A stretch of 64,000 bases of DNA from an uncultured bacterium (GCA_938004065.1 CALKWM010000038.1:2466-66465); one strand, 5' to 3'. Numbered from the stretch's first letter, positions 1 through 11,671 are shown. Made by a program: numbers and translations. The notes: generated by a model not told the origin, from the sequence alone.

Positions 1-128
1 TGTTTGGTTAAAATTCCGCGACCGGGACCTATTTCCAGTATTAAATCATTACTATTTAAATCAGCCGCCTGAATTATCTCAGGCAGCACAGACTGGTTTA
101 TCAAAAAATTTTGGGAAAACTTGGGCAT
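1..128 (-). CDS. rsmA: 16S rRNA m6,2A dimethyltransferase RsmA/KsgA, 5' part (runs off window start; absent from ORF track)
   Basis: Manual translation from ATG at 128: MPKFSQNFLINQSVLPEIIQAADLNSNDLILEIGPGRGILTK (QNFL and EIGPG motifs); lies downstream of a YabE/RpfB-like gene, the usual synteny. Confidence 0.9.
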   Translation of the reverse strand, partial: MPKFSQNFLINQSVLPEIIQAADLNSNDLILEIGPGRGILTK

Positions 129-239
129 TAATTCGAACTTTACAAAAATTTCAAACAATTTAAAAACTTTACAAACATTTTTAAATTAGTAGAATATTTG
201 GAAAGTTTGAAAATGTTTGGACTTGTTTGACTATGTTTA

Positions 240-1466
240 TTATAGAGGGCTGACTGTTACCTCCATCAACCCTTGACTTAATGGGGCAATACTGGAGAAG
301 GCGACGGAATTGAGATCAATGATACGTCCCGTCCATGCTTGCGGACCGTAATCGTTGACAGTAACTACAACCGATGCACCGGTAGAATTATTGGTAACTA
401 ATAATCTGGTACCTTTGGGATAGGTGCGATGAGCGCAGGTGGGAGTGGAGCCATAATTGTACCAACTGGCGGTACCGACATCGCCACCGGCCGGTGGAGT
501 GGAATATATGATTTCCGGTTGTTTCTTGCCAACGGCTACTTTTTTGGGTATCGGCTCTTTGATGATATTTTCAGATACGAGATGACGATCGGTTTCCTGA
601 CCGTCTTCGAAATTTACTTCAAAGACTAATTCTTTGTCGCCATTTTCTCCCCATTCAACTACCTGATCGTCGCCGATAAATGCGTCCCAATTTTCCACAT
701 AGATAGTGTCGGGATAAATTACCTCATGTTCGCTAGTTAGTTCACTAGTAACTCGAGTTACTTTGATTTCCTGCCCGGAATGCAGCTCTTCGTTCGAAGA
801 CAGAAGTGCCTGGTTGATTTCATCATCCGGAATACTTAGCTCGTCTTTGGCTTCGTTGACTGCGTCAGCGACGTTTTTGGCTCTTGTTTCCATCTGGTAT
901 GAATTTTTGCCATAGGTTATCTTGAGTGGAATAGCGCGATCAATGTAGATAGTTGAACCGGCTGAGATTTGTTTGTCCAGTGATGGAAAAACTTTATCTT
1001 TGTGACCGACATCGATATGACAGGAAATCAAAATATTACGAACGGAGTTGGCGGAGGTTGTGATGGTATATGATCGGTTGTCTTCGACAATTTTGACCGG
1101 TATTTTTGAACTTTCGATGTTAACATTGACCGTACCACCGTTGAGGGAAGTAAATCGATGCGGTTCGGAGATCAGGCCACTGGAAAGTTCATATCCGGAT
1201 TCGGTAAGAGCTTGGTGAAGTTTTTCTTGTTTGGTATAAACCACTTGTTTACGGCCGTCTTTGTTGATTACGATTTGAGTAGTTTTGTGAGTTAAATAGG
1301 TGGGAATATGTTTAATCGAAGAATCATGATCGGTTGGCTTATGGTGAAACAGTAGCTCCAAAACGTTTAAATCTTGGGTAAATGTGGAAGACACTAGCAA
1401 AACAGCCAGTAAAATTATACTGCCATACACGATCGATCCAAAATTGAATTTTGATTTCACCTCCAT
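240..1466 (-). CDS. YabE/RpfB-like cell-wall protein: N-terminal TM, ubiquitin-like DUF348 repeats, G5 domain, C-terminal RlpA-like double-psi beta-barrel
   Basis: G5-like GENGDKE...PIPKKVAVGKK; DPBB motifs GTASWY, CAHRTYPKGT, VNDYGP, RIIDL; ATG at 1466 preferred. Confidence 0.8.
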   Translation of the reverse strand: MEVKSKFNFGSIVYGSIILLAVLLVSSTFTQDLNVLELLFHHKPTDHDSSIKHIPTYLTHKTTQIVINKDGRKQVVYTKQEKLHQALTESGYELSSGLISEPHRFTSLNGGTVNVNIESSKIPVKIVEDNRSYTITTSANSVRNILISCHIDVGHKDKVFPSLDKQISAGSTIYIDRAIPLKITYGKNSYQMETRAKNVADAVNEAKDELSIPDDEINQALLSSNEELHSGQEIKVTRVTSELTSEHEVIYPDTIYVENWDAFIGDDQVVEWGENGDKELVFEVNFEDGQETDRHLVSENIIKEPIPKKVAVGKKQPEIIYSTPPAGGDVGTASWYNYGSTPTCAHRTYPKGTRLLVTNNSTGASVVVTVNDYGPQAWTGRIIDLNSVAFSSIAPLSQGLMEVTVSPL

Positions 1467-1644
1467 AAAAGCAAGTATCAAGGATCAAGAAACAAGTATC
1501 AAGTATTGGAATAATATATAAAGATTACTTGATAAAAGTAGAAATTGATATGCAAGGAGTATTGTATATCAAATTACGGATTTTGGCAAAAAGAAAGAAG
1601 TCGCAATTTGTAGCTTCAAAATTTATTATTGATATAATGAGTTT

Positions 1645-2427
1645 ATGTATAAAAAAGAATTACAATTGGCAATTGAGTTGGCTCGTGAAGCAAGTGAAGT
1701 ATTGCGGAAAGATTTCTATGAGCCCCGTCCCACTCCGGTAATTGATGAAAATGGTGTTCATCTGGCTATTGATCATGAAATCGAGCAGTTAATCAAAGGC
1801 AAAGTTAAACTGCAATTTCCCGATCATAGATTTTTAGGTGAGGAGGAAGGTGCAAGTGGTACGGAAAGTGATTATCGGTGGATAGTTGACCCGATTGATG
1901 GTACGTCAAACTATTTTTGTCATAATCCTTTTTTTTGTGTTTCCATCGCTTTGGCATATAAAGATGAGATTGTGATGGGGGTGATTGATGCTCCGATTAT
2001 CGATGAATCGTACGCGTTGGAAAAAGGAAAAAATTTATTTATCAATGACAAAGAGATATTGAATATTGAGTCGAAAAGTTTTGATAAAATTGTGATTGGC
2101 GGACGTTCATATGAAGCCAGGTGTTTGAATGTCAGCAATTATCACATTGATAATGAAAATACTTATTCAAAAATTGAAATGGGAGCGGCAGCGCTGGAAT
2201 TGGCTTACGTTGCCAGTGGCAAAATACAATGCTATATGGTGGAAGGGATAAAAGATTGGGATGTGGCGGCGGGAGTGTTGATGGTGCGGGAAATGGGAGG
2301 GAAGGTGGTCAATTGGAAAGGGCAAGATTGGAATTTTGGAGATGACCGCTTGATTGCGGGAAGAGATGATATTGTGGAGAAGTTGTTAGAGAAGGTAGTT
2401 TCAACAAGCAAAAATTCGTCCGCCTGA
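1645..2427 (+). CDS. Inositol monophosphatase family (SuhB-like)
   Basis: GEE, WIVDPIDGTSNY and WDVAAG motifs. Confidence 0.9.
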   Translation: MYKKELQLAIELAREASEVLRKDFYEPRPTPVIDENGVHLAIDHEIEQLIKGKVKLQFPDHRFLGEEEGASGTESDYRWIVDPIDGTSNYFCHNPFFCVSIALAYKDEIVMGVIDAPIIDESYALEKGKNLFINDKEILNIESKSFDKIVIGGRSYEARCLNVSNYHIDNENTYSKIEMGAAALELAYVASGKIQCYMVEGIKDWDVAAGVLMVREMGGKVVNWKGQDWNFGDDRLIAGRDDIVEKLLEKVVSTSKNSSA

Positions 2428-2523
2428 TGGCGGAATAATCGAAATGATATTTTTTTAAACTTATCAAATATCAAACATAACAAACTTATCAAACAATAAA
2501 CTTATGAAAACTAGGAGAATACA

Positions 2524-3768
2524 ATGTTGGATATAAAATTGATCCGGGAAAACCCGGATATAGTTAAGAAAAACATCGAAAGAAGAGGCAAAGATCCCCA
2601 GATAGTGGATGAAGTATTGGGATTGGACAAGGAGTTGTGTGCTTTGACGGCAAAAATTGACGAATTGAGGTCCAAGAAAAATTTACCTAAAGGTAAACCA
2701 ACGGATGACGAATTGGAAATGTTGGTAAAAATAAAACAAGAGACCGATTCACTGGAAAAAGAAAGAGATGTCTTGGGATCGCAGTTTAAACAGAAAGTGA
2801 TGGCAATCCCAAATCTAACTGCCGATGACGTACCCGATGGCAAGGATGATAGTGAAAACAAGATAGTGGAAAAAGTTGGAGAAATTCCAAAATTTGATTT
2901 CGAAGTGCAAGATCACTTACAAATTGGTGAGAGGTTGGACTTGATTGATTTTGAGCGCGGATCAAAAGTTGCACAGAGCGGGTTTTATTATTTGAAGAAC
3001 GAATTGGCTATGCTTGATTTGTCTTTGCAGAGATATGCGATGGACAAATTGGCGGCTAAAGGATATATACCGATTATCACACCTGATATTGCCAAGGATG
3101 AAATGTGCATGGGTACAGGTTATAATCCGCGTGGAGATGAAAAACAAATTTTTAATATCGCCGATGAAGATATAAGTTTGGTGGGAACAGCGGAAATTAC
3201 TCTCGGAGGGTATTATGCCGATGAGATTATAAATAAAGATGATTTGCCGATAAAATTCGTTGGGTTGTCGCATTGTTTTCGAGTGGAGAAAGGCGGATAT
3301 GGGAAATACTCCAAAGGTTTATATCGAGTAAGGCAGTTTAGTAAAGTCGAAATGTTTATTTTATGTAAACCAGAGGATAGTGAAAAATATCATCAAGAAC
3401 TACTAAGTAACGAAAAAGAAATTTGGAATGAACTTGGCATCCCCTATCGTGTGATGTTGCAATGCACTGGAGACATGGGTAGTTCCAGTATGAAAACATA
3501 TGATGTCGAAGCGTGGATGCCCGGTCGGGGTGATTATGGCGAAGTAACCAGTACTTCCAATACCGGAGATTACCAGGCGCGACGTCTAAAGATTCGTTTC
3601 AAAGATGATGATGGTGCAAATAAATTTGTACACATGCTCAATGGGACTGCTGTCAACAACAGTCGTTTTCCTTTGACTATTTTGGAAAATGGGCAACAGG
3701 CGGATGGCAGCGTGAAGATTCCGGAAGTATTGTGGAAATACACGAGGTTTGATGTAATTACCAAATAG
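2524..3768 (+). CDS. serS: Serine--tRNA ligase
   Basis: MLDIKLIREN start, GTAE, CFRVEKG...GLYRVRQFSKVE, EVTSTSN, LNGTA. Confidence 0.97.
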   Translation: MLDIKLIRENPDIVKKNIERRGKDPQIVDEVLGLDKELCALTAKIDELRSKKNLPKGKPTDDELEMLVKIKQETDSLEKERDVLGSQFKQKVMAIPNLTADDVPDGKDDSENKIVEKVGEIPKFDFEVQDHLQIGERLDLIDFERGSKVAQSGFYYLKNELAMLDLSLQRYAMDKLAAKGYIPIITPDIAKDEMCMGTGYNPRGDEKQIFNIADEDISLVGTAEITLGGYYADEIINKDDLPIKFVGLSHCFRVEKGGYGKYSKGLYRVRQFSKVEMFILCKPEDSEKYHQELLSNEKEIWNELGIPYRVMLQCTGDMGSSSMKTYDVEAWMPGRGDYGEVTSTSNTGDYQARRLKIRFKDDDGANKFVHMLNGTAVNNSRFPLTILENGQQADGSVKIPEVLWKYTRFDVITK

Positions 3769-3794
3769 TAATTGATAATGACTAATTAAATTAG

Positions 3795-3823
3795 AAAAAC
3801 TGCAGTTTGTTACTGCAGTTTTT
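3795..3823. terminator. Bidirectional intrinsic terminator
   Basis: AAAAACTGCAGT-ttgtt-ACTGCAGTTTTT after serS. Confidence 0.8.
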
Positions 3824-3969
3824 GTTGACGAATACATGACTTTCCCAAAACTCTTTACTATATTGGAATTCTTCCTCGCTTTGACTTGAATTGTGAAAAT
3901 CGGGAGCGTAATTACCAGGAAAAGTGGCTACTTCGCTGGAGAGAGTGTTTTGGATTATGTAACGCGCAA

Positions 3970-4224
3970 TTATTTATTTTTCATCAGATCCAAGTCTATC
4001 AAAATATTGTCAGTGCCGTCTTTGACGGTTTTTTTGACGTCATCCAAGGCCTGGTTATAGATTTCGGGATGTAGTTGTTGCAGAAAAAAATCGAGAATTT
4101 CACCGGCAGCAATGATGCCGATTTCTTCATTTCGTTCGTTTTGAAAATAGCCGATAATTTCTTTGATTAGAAATTGCTTTTTTTGATCGTCTAAAATGTC
4201 CCATTTACGTTTAGTTTTATTCAT
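3970..4224 (-). CDS. DUF2164 family small protein
   Basis: YFQNERNEEIGIIAAGEILDFF...IYNQALDD pattern. Confidence 0.75.
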   Translation of the reverse strand: MNKTKRKWDILDDQKKQFLIKEIIGYFQNERNEEIGIIAAGEILDFFLQQLHPEIYNQALDDVKKTVKDGTDNILIDLDLMKNK

Positions 4225-4327
4225 GTTATTTTTTTATAATGACTTTTTTTTATTTGGCTCTACAAAATTTCAGACACATGTCAAATGGCTAAATTGTTTT
4301 TAGCAATCCAATTATTTTCAATTTCGA

Positions 4328-4933
4328 TTAAACCAAGTATTTAATTGCAATAAAGCCAAGAACCAGCAAAAGGGTAAATGCTATAGCTAAAAGATTGAAT
4401 TGTTTGTCAATGAAGGTTTTGATGCGTGGTCCGTATTTCCAGATCAGGGCCGATAACAGGAAAAATCTGGCGCCACGGCTAATAATCGAGGCGATTAGAA
4501 ACATAAAAAAATTGATGCCGAAAACTCCGGAGGTGATGGTAAATACTTTGTAAGGAATCGGAGTAAAACCGGCGGTGAAGACAATCCAGAAATTGTATTG
4601 GTTGTATAGTTCCTTGATTTTGTCGTAGAGTTCAACCGTAAAACCGGGGATGTGATCAAAGAAAAACTGAGCAAATGAAGTAAAATCACCGACCGAGTTG
4701 ATCCAGATATAGTGCCCGATGGCATAGCCGGTTATGGCTCCCAGTATGGAGCCAACCAGACAAATGGTGGCAAATTTGAATGCTTTTTTTGGTTTTCCAA
4801 CACAGAGAGCAATCAGCAAGACATCCGGTGGTATGGGAAAAAAAACGGATTCAATAAAAGCGTGGATAAATATTGCCACTGAGCCATAAGGTGAGTTAGC
4901 CCACGAAAGAATCCAGTTATATATTTTTTTCAT
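4328..4933 (-). CDS. YqaA/DedA (VTT domain) membrane protein
   Basis: AFIESVFFPIPPD and GFTPIPYKVFTITSG motifs. Confidence 0.88.
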   Translation of the reverse strand: MKKIYNWILSWANSPYGSVAIFIHAFIESVFFPIPPDVLLIALCVGKPKKAFKFATICLVGSILGAITGYAIGHYIWINSVGDFTSFAQFFFDHIPGFTVELYDKIKELYNQYNFWIVFTAGFTPIPYKVFTITSGVFGINFFMFLIASIISRGARFFLLSALIWKYGPRIKTFIDKQFNLLAIAFTLLLVLGFIAIKYLV

Positions 4934-4993
4934 AAAAATATTATTTGTCTGATAGAGTTAATTATACATTAATGCATGAAAATATCTTGGATT

Positions 4994-6010
4994 TTATGAA
5001 TTTAAAAATGAATCAATCCGTCCGATCATTTTTTCCTTGTCTTTTTCGTCCAGAAAACTAGCTCGAAAGGAGTTTTTGGCAAGAGTGATGATTTGTTCGT
5101 TGGAAAGATCCAGGGCTTCGGCTAAGGCGTGATAATTTTCATTGAGATAGCCGCCGAAATACGCCGGATCATCAGAGTTGATCGTTACCAGAACGCCTTG
5201 TTTGAGCATAATTTTTAGCGGGTGTTTTGTTAAATCGGGCGCCACTTGCAATTTATAATTTGATAGCGGACACATAGTGAGAGGTATTTGGGCGTTGACG
5301 ATTTTCTCCAGTAATTGCTCGTCATCGATCGTATGATTGCCGTGATCAATGCGAGAAACTCCGAGTAAATCGATGGCTTCCCAGATGTATTGGGCCGGAC
5401 CTTCCTCGCCGGCATGGGCGACGGTTAAAAAACCATCTTTTCTGGCTTGTGCAAAAACTTTGGCAAATTTTGAGGGGGGATTGCCAACTTCAGACGAATC
5501 CAAACCAACAGCAACTATTTTGTTTTTATGGGGAAGAGCTGCTTGCAGTGTCTCGAAGGCTGACTTTTCATCAAGATGACGAAGAAAACACATAATTAAT
5601 TTTGAGTTTATGCCAAATTTGGTCTGACCATCTTGCAAAGCGTGGTAAATACCATTGATAACAGTATCAAAAGCTACCCCGCGGTCGGTGTGAGTTTGGG
5701 GGTCAAAAAATATCTCGGTGTGAATGATATTTTGCTCATGGCATTTTTCCAGATAGGCCCAGGTGAGATCAAAGAAATCCTGTTCGAGAGTCAAAACGCT
5801 GGCGCCGGCATAATAGATGTCGAGAAATTCTTGCAAATTATGAAAATTATAAGCCGAACGAAGTTCCTCAACCGTTTTGTATTTTATCTCAATTTTGTTA
5901 CGCCTGGCGATGGCAAACATCAATTCCGGTTCGAAAGTGCCTTCGATATGCAGATGTAATTCAGCTTTTGGTATATTGTTGATAAGATCTTGCCGGGAAA
6001 TGGTGTTCAT
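4994..6010 (-). CDS. add: Adenosine/adenine deaminase
   Basis: [34 protein letters not shown]. Confidence 0.92.
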   Translation of the reverse strand: MNTISRQDLINNIPKAELHLHIEGTFEPELMFAIARRNKIEIKYKTVEELRSAYNFHNLQEFLDIYYAGASVLTLEQDFFDLTWAYLEKCHEQNIIHTEIFFDPQTHTDRGVAFDTVINGIYHALQDGQTKFGINSKLIMCFLRHLDEKSAFETLQAALPHKNKIVAVGLDSSEVGNPPSKFAKVFAQARKDGFLTVAHAGEEGPAQYIWEAIDLLGVSRIDHGNHTIDDEQLLEKIVNAQIPLTMCPLSNYKLQVAPDLTKHPLKIMLKQGVLVTINSDDPAYFGGYLNENYHALAEALDLSNEQIITLAKNSFRASFLDEKDKEKMIGRIDSFLNS

Positions 6011-6054
6011 AAAAAAATGATTTAGACAGATAATATTTAATGCGAGATTGATAT

Positions 6055-6180
6055 ATGAATAGTGCTATATAAAATTAAAATATGGTATGGATCCCCAATC
6101 CGCCCGAGGCGGACAAGTTATCGAATCGCCCGCCGATCCGCATCGAGGATGACAAATAAGAAAATTAGATAGCACTATTC
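6055..6180. repeat. MITE-like ~125-bp element with terminal IRs carrying a TGTCATCC hairpin (6088-6154)
   Basis: GAATAGTGCTA (6057-6067) / TAGCACTATTC (6170-6180); reverse-orientation homologue of 14703-14823. Confidence 0.7.
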
Positions 6181-6336
6181 TTTAATATATCGATTATGTT
6201 TTTTGAATGATAGTATTCTGTAGGAAAATTTTTCATATATATTGATCATATAATAAATTTTTCCGGTTTGGAAAAAACAGCAAGGGAAATTATAATAGAA
6301 GTAGTCAATATATTCTTTTTTTGATGGAGGAAAGTG

Positions 6337-6888
6337 ATGCAGTTAATAATTTCAACCAGAAGACTGAATTTAACAGATGATGTCAGGGATTATGTTCATG
6401 AAAAAATGGAAAAGATGAACAATTTTTTTGATAACATTATTTTTGTCAGAGTGGAATTAAGTCGGGAAGAAAAGAGGGATGATGGCAAGCCATTTGGTTG
6501 CGAAGTGTTGGTGAGTGTGCCCAATAAACAATTCCGAGCAGGCAAGCGAGGAGGTGAATTGTTTGAAGCGATAGATTTAACCGAGGAAGCGTTGGAAGTG
6601 CAGATCAAATCTTTCAAAGAAAAAATTGATGACACGATGTTTAAAGACAAAGGACAAATGAATGAGGTTTTGCAAGAGGCGGAACTAAGTAGTCTGGATG
6701 AGGACAGAGAAGATCAGTATGATTATATCTACCGCGGACCGGGCGAGGCGATGACACTCGATGAAGCTAAACAACAGATGGAGCTTATGAAACAGGATTT
6801 TTATGTTTTTGTTAATGAAGAAACCGGCAAAACCAATACGGTATATAAAAAAGCCGATGGTCGGTATGGTGTGATTGTGGAGGGATAA
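6337..6888 (+). CDS. hpf: Long-form ribosome hibernation promoting factor (RaiA/HPF)
   Basis: LTDDVRDYVHEKMEK, AIDL, C-terminal MTLDEAKQQMEL...FYVFVN...VYKKADGRYGVI; SD GGAGG upstream. Confidence 0.88.
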   Translation: MQLIISTRRLNLTDDVRDYVHEKMEKMNNFFDNIIFVRVELSREEKRDDGKPFGCEVLVSVPNKQFRAGKRGGELFEAIDLTEEALEVQIKSFKEKIDDTMFKDKGQMNEVLQEAELSSLDEDREDQYDYIYRGPGEAMTLDEAKQQMELMKQDFYVFVNEETGKTNTVYKKADGRYGVIVEG

Positions 6889-6891
6889 ATA

Positions 6892-6920
6892 GAAGGGATA
6901 GGTTTTAAACCTGTCCCTAC
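6892..6920. repeat. GTAG-type REP hairpin, degenerate
   Basis: GAAGGGATAGGTTTTAAACCTGTCCCTAC; matches 42166-42194. Confidence 0.65.
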
Positions 6921-6933
6921 CCTGTGAATTTAT

Positions 6934-6971
6934 AAAACCGGCAGTGGTCTTGATAGACTGCCGGTTTTTTT
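6934..6971. terminator. Intrinsic terminator
   Basis: AAAACCGGCAGT...ACTGCCGGTTTTTTT between convergent genes. Confidence 0.8.
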
Positions 6972-6974
6972 CTA

Positions 6975-7187
6975 TTAATTTTTTATGATGTCGACGATCT
7001 CATCGGGAGAATAATTTCTCCCAAATTTTTTATTGACAATTTGACATATTATTGTCAAATTTGTCATCCCGTTAACAAAAACATCGTCGATGAATAAAAT
7101 ATATAGTTGGCGGATATGTTCTTTAATCTGATAATCAGAATATTTCTGATTATCAACTTCATTGCAAAAAGTAGCGGTTGTGGTCAT
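6975..7187 (-). CDS. Small hypothetical protein
   Basis: 70-aa ORF whose start overlaps the stop of the upstream ORF. Confidence 0.45.
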   Translation of the reverse strand: MTTTATFCNEVDNQKYSDYQIKEHIRQLYILFIDDVFVNGMTNLTIICQIVNKKFGRNYSPDEIVDIIKN

Positions 7188-7459
7188 AAAGAAACTTTAT
7201 CCTCCAACTTTTTGAATTTCAAATTGATCCGACCTTTATTTGGCACGTCCACCAGTACGAGAAGTGGCGGTGTTTGGGAATTCAGAATGTATTTGAGCTT
7301 ACCTAGTTTTTCAAGTTTATATGTTGCGTATTCTTTGCCTGTGATAAGCTCAACCAAACTTTTTTTCTGATCAAGTGCTTTTTTTACATCCTGAAAATTT
7401 AATTCATTAATTCTTTTCAGTTGTTTTTTGGTCATTTTTGGATCAAGGTATAAGTGCAT
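7184..7459 (-). CDS. Small hypothetical protein
   Basis: 91-aa ORF with GGAGG SD upstream (cctcc at 7471-7475). Confidence 0.55.
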   Translation of the reverse strand: MHLYLDPKMTKKQLKRINELNFQDVKKALDQKKSLVELITGKEYATYKLEKLGKLKYILNSQTPPLLVLVDVPNKGRINLKFKKLEDKVSL

Positions 7460-7683
7460 TAATTTTTTAACCTCCGTTTTGAAATTTTTTTCATTGAAGA
7501 TTTTTTGTGGGCTTTTTTTGCCCCATCACCTCCTAGATTATTAATTTGCAAACGAGATTTTTAAAAAAGCGGCAAAGATGAACAAGAAAGTTCAACCGAA
7601 GATGCAATCTCTGCCGCCAGGATTTTTATAGTGGTCGTTTTTAGACTATTTTATTGTAATAAATATTTGAATTATTGGCAAGA

Positions 7684-10524
7684 CTATTTTCTGGATAGTA
7701 TTTTCGCCAGGTATTGTCCGGTATATGATCGCTTTACCTTGGCTACTTCTTCCGGTGTACCGGTGGCCACAATTTCGCCACCCTCATCACCACCTTCCGG
7801 GCCCAGATCAATGATGTAGTCAGCCACTTTGATCATATCTAAATTATGTTCGATCATGAGAATAGAGTTACCACGACGAACAAGTTTGTTTAAGATTTTG
7901 ATCAAATTTTCGACATCGGCAAAATGCAAACCGATAGTTGGTTCATCCAAGATATAAAGTGTTTTACCGGTGGCACGACGAGCCAGTTCGGTAGATAATT
8001 TGATCCTTTGCGCCTCGCCACCGGAGAGAGTGTTGGCCGGCTGACCAAGTTGCAGATATCCCAACCCCACATCAACCAGAATTTTGAGTTTTTTCTCAAG
8101 GGCAGGAATGTTTTTGAAAAAAATATGCGCTTCTTCGGCGGTCATTTCCAGCACTTCGGAGATATTTTTTCCCTTGTAGTAAATATCCAGGGCTTCCGGA
8201 TTGTAACGGTGCCCGCCACATTCCGGGCAGGTGATATATACATCGGGCAAAAAATGCATTTCAATTTTGATACTGCCGTCCCCTTTACAGTGTTCGCATC
8301 GTCCGCCTTTGACGTTGAACGAAAACCGGCCGGCTTTGTAACCGCGCATTTTGGCCTCGGGGGTAGAAGCAAATAAATCTCGAATCAAGGTAAATGAGCC
8401 GGTATAGGTAGCCGGGTTGGAGCGGGGAGTGCGTCCAATCGGGCTTTGGTCGATGGTGATCACTTTGTCCAAATTTTCCAGGCCTTTGATTTCCCGGTGC
8501 TCACCGGCGGGTTGTTTGGAACGATGAAATTCACGAGCCAACTGTTTGGCCAGTATTTTATGAATCAGAGTAGATTTTCCCGATCCGGAGACGCCGGTTA
8601 CGCAAACAAATTGTCCGAGAGGAATTTTGACGTTGACGTTTTTCAGGTTATGTTCGTTGGCCCCGACAATTTCCAAATATTTGTCCGTAACCTTGCGACG
8701 GCCGGTAGGCACTTCAATCTTTTTTTTGCCGGATAGATACTGTCCGGTGAGAGAGTTTTTGTTTTTCATGACTTCTTTGGGAGTACCTTGCGCCATCAAT
8801 TCACCACCATGCTTGCCGGCGCCGGGCCCGATGTCAATCAAATGATCGGCGGCCAACATGGTTTCTTCGTCATGTTCAACAACGATAATCGAGTTGCCAA
8901 TATCGCGTAATTCTTTGAGCGACTCGATCAATTTACTATTGTCGCGTTGGTGCAAACCGATCGATGGTTCGTCGAGGATATACATGACTCCGGTTAGCAT
9001 CGAACCGATTTGGGTGGCCAGGCGAATACGTTGAGCTTCACCGCCGGACAGAGTATTGGCCGAGCGATGCAAAGTTAGATATCCCAGACCAACATTTTCC
9101 AAAAATCCCAATCTCTCGCCGATTTCTTTGATGATCGGGTTCGATATTTTGCTGTTTTCACGCGAAAATTTCAAGCCGGCAAAAAATTTGATTAGTTCAC
9201 GAACATTCATTTCAGTTACTTCGATGATATTTCTATCATCGATCGTAACCGCCAAAGATTCTATCCGTAAACGTTTACCACCACATTCCGGGCAGGTTTG
9301 TTCAATCATGTATTTTTCGATATCGCTACGCACGTATTCACTGCCTGTTTCCCGATACATTCTCATCAGTTGCGGAATGACGCCTTCGAAAGTTGTTTCG
9401 TATTCCTTGACTTTACCGTATGGTGAGGGATTGGTGACCAAATATGTTTTGCTACCGGTTCCGTGTAAAACAATTTGGATGTGTTCCGGTTTCATATCGG
9501 CAATCGGTGTATCGATATCAAATTTGTTGGCTTCGGCAACCGCCATCAGTATCCGCATATGCCAATTCTGGCGACCGGAAGTTTTGCTCCACGGACCGAT
9601 ACCGCCTTCGGCAATAGTCAATTTCGGGTTGGGAAAAATCATATTTTCATCAATTTCCTGTCTAATACCCAAACCGCTACAACCACTGCAGGCGCCTTGA
9701 GGATTGTTGAAAGAAAAAATGCGGGGGTTGATCTCGGGCAGGTTGATTCCGCACTCGGCACAGGCAAATTGTTCACTAAAGGCATCAATTTTTCCGGTAT
9801 CGGGTTGCAAGACATGAATTAAACCATTGCCATAATTGAGAGCCGTTTCCAATGATTCAACCAGACGGGAACGAAAATCAATGTCTTTTTTGTCGATTTG
9901 CAAACGGTCAACCACAATTTCGATCGTGTGCTTTTTTTGTTTATCGAGAACGATAGATTCCGATAAGTCGCGAATCTCGCCATTGACTCGCACCCGCACA
10001 AATCCGGCTTTTTTGATTTCAGCGAAAGTATTTTTGTGCTCGCCTTTTTGGGCGATAACCAAAGGTGACAGAATGATTATTTTAGTTTTGTTTTGAATGC
10101 TTTCAATCTGATCGGCGATTTGACCGACGGTTTGTGAAGAAATCGGTTTGTGACATTTGGGACAATGCGGGATACCCACCCGGGCAAACAAAAGACGCAA
10201 ATAATCATATATTTCCGTCACGGTTCCCACGGTGGAGCGAGGATTGGAACTGGCTGATTTTTGATCGATAGAAATAGCCGGCGATAATCCTTCAATTTTA
10301 TCCATATCCGGTTTTTCCATAATGCCTAAAAATTGCCTGGCATATGCGGATAGAGACTCGACGTATCGACGTTGACCTTCGGCGTAAATAGTATCAAAAG
10401 CCAATGAAGATTTGCCCGATCCGGAGATACCGGTAATCACAACCAATTCATTTTTGGGAATTACCAAATCGATATTTTTGAGATTGTGTTCTCTGGCTCC
10501 CTTGATAGTAATTTTGTCAATCAT
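7684..10524 (-). CDS. uvrA: Excinuclease ABC subunit A
   Basis: [10 protein letters not shown], two Walker A (GSGKS), LSGGEAQRI x2, zinc-finger CxxC pairs. Confidence 0.99.
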   Translation of the reverse strand: MIDKITIKGAREHNLKNIDLVIPKNELVVITGISGSGKSSLAFDTIYAEGQRRYVESLSAYARQFLGIMEKPDMDKIEGLSPAISIDQKSASSNPRSTVGTVTEIYDYLRLLFARVGIPHCPKCHKPISSQTVGQIADQIESIQNKTKIIILSPLVIAQKGEHKNTFAEIKKAGFVRVRVNGEIRDLSESIVLDKQKKHTIEIVVDRLQIDKKDIDFRSRLVESLETALNYGNGLIHVLQPDTGKIDAFSEQFACAECGINLPEINPRIFSFNNPQGACSGCSGLGIRQEIDENMIFPNPKLTIAEGGIGPWSKTSGRQNWHMRILMAVAEANKFDIDTPIADMKPEHIQIVLHGTGSKTYLVTNPSPYGKVKEYETTFEGVIPQLMRMYRETGSEYVRSDIEKYMIEQTCPECGGKRLRIESLAVTIDDRNIIEVTEMNVRELIKFFAGLKFSRENSKISNPIIKEIGERLGFLENVGLGYLTLHRSANTLSGGEAQRIRLATQIGSMLTGVMYILDEPSIGLHQRDNSKLIESLKELRDIGNSIIVVEHDEETMLAADHLIDIGPGAGKHGGELMAQGTPKEVMKNKNSLTGQYLSGKKKIEVPTGRRKVTDKYLEIVGANEHNLKNVNVKIPLGQFVCVTGVSGSGKSTLIHKILAKQLAREFHRSKQPAGEHREIKGLENLDKVITIDQSPIGRTPRSNPATYTGSFTLIRDLFASTPEAKMRGYKAGRFSFNVKGGRCEHCKGDGSIKIEMHFLPDVYITCPECGGHRYNPEALDIYYKGKNISEVLEMTAEEAHIFFKNIPALEKKLKILVDVGLGYLQLGQPANTLSGGEAQRIKLSTELARRATGKTLYILDEPTIGLHFADVENLIKILNKLVRRGNSILMIEHNLDMIKVADYIIDLGPEGGDEGGEIVATGTPEEVAKVKRSYTGQYLAKILSRK

Positions 10525-10858
10525 TTTTTTTTATAAAAAAATTTATTAAATATATTTTGCGAAATGGCCCATGAAAAAGTCGAAACGTTGTATATTTTTT
10601 AAAACTTGCGGTCGGAAATGATAGATGTTTTTTAGCTAAAACATAAAAATTGTAGCAACATTTTTGCTTTTTTTCAAGGGTAGAAAAAAAGAAGATTTGA
10701 TAATGATTTTTTTTCAAATACCGCTTTGAAGGAAATAAAATGGTTAAATTGTTAAATTGTTATGCAATAATTTTCTCAACCATTTAGCCATTTAACAAAT
10801 TATATTTCTTAAGTATTTCATGCCTCATAATAAACAAATTTTTATTATAATAGAATTA

Positions 10859-11566
10859 ATGATGAAAAAAGTGCACAAAAAATACAAACGTAAATATCGA
10901 CAAAAGGGTAGCTGGTTAAACTATTTGGTCTGGTCGTTGATCGGACTGGCGCTGTTACCGGTTTTATTGGCTGTTTTGGTGGCAACGTTTATGCTCGTTA
11001 GGCAGATTCCTTTTTTATCAACCACGATTTGGTATATAGTGTTAGGATTGGTGCTTTACACTTTTTTTCATACTTTTGTATATCAACCGGTGGGATTGTA
11101 TGTAATGGCACATGAATTTACTCATGCGGCGTTTGCTTTGTTGTTTGGCTATAGAGTAAAGAAAATCAAAATCTCAACCGGTGGCGGATATGTGGAGATG
11201 TCGGAATCAAATTTTGTGATTGACTTGGCGCCATATTTTTTTCCACTTTATACCGTGATATTAACCGCCGCTTTCTACGGACTGGACAGGTTGTTTGATT
11301 GGAGTAATTTTTACTGGTTGTTTTTTATTTTCGTCGGAATATTTCTCTCTTTTCATTTTCTATCAAACTGGGACGTTCTAAAAATTGGACAGCCCGATCT
11401 AAATTCGACGGGGAAAATTTTCGCGGTAATTTTTGTGATAATTTCCAATTTGTTGGTGATAAATGTTTTGATGGTGATTTTTTTCATTGATTATATAAAT
11501 TTAAATACAATTTTTGATAATTTTTATCATGCCGGTAGATTTGTTTACGGCTTGTTAGAAAGTTGA
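10859..11566 (+). CDS. Membrane zinc metalloprotease, M50-like
   Basis: HEFTH (HExxH) in TM context, LAPYFFP; ATG at 10859 lies 7 nt after TATAAT. Confidence 0.7.
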   Translation: MMKKVHKKYKRKYRQKGSWLNYLVWSLIGLALLPVLLAVLVATFMLVRQIPFLSTTIWYIVLGLVLYTFFHTFVYQPVGLYVMAHEFTHAAFALLFGYRVKKIKISTGGGYVEMSESNFVIDLAPYFFPLYTVILTAAFYGLDRLFDWSNFYWLFFIFVGIFLSFHFLSNWDVLKIGQPDLNSTGKIFAVIFVIISNLLVINVLMVIFFIDYINLNTIFDNFYHAGRFVYGLLES

Positions 11567-11671
11567 AAAATAGAATGTTTTTTGGTAAGTTTAGCTTACA
11601 AATGTCCTTGTTAAAATGTATTTAAAATGAGGATTTTTGCATTTTAAAAAGAAGGAGGAGCAATATATAAA

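Noticed and set aside
3836-3965. Small RNA (SRP/6S-like) after serS
   Set aside because: Only a weak promoter-like match; no SRP GGAA/AGCAG motif or convincing long stem.
7491-7526. 11-codon leader peptide MGQKKPTKNLQ
   Set aside because: The SD directly abuts the ATG, too close for normal initiation.
9056-9700. Long antisense ORFs (9056-9700 in uvrA, 29375-29995 in the GT gene, and similar)
   Set aside because: Shadow frames of well-supported genes, with no motifs.
10525-10800. LexA/SOS box upstream of uvrA
   Set aside because: No palindrome matching a LexA box I can recognise with confidence.
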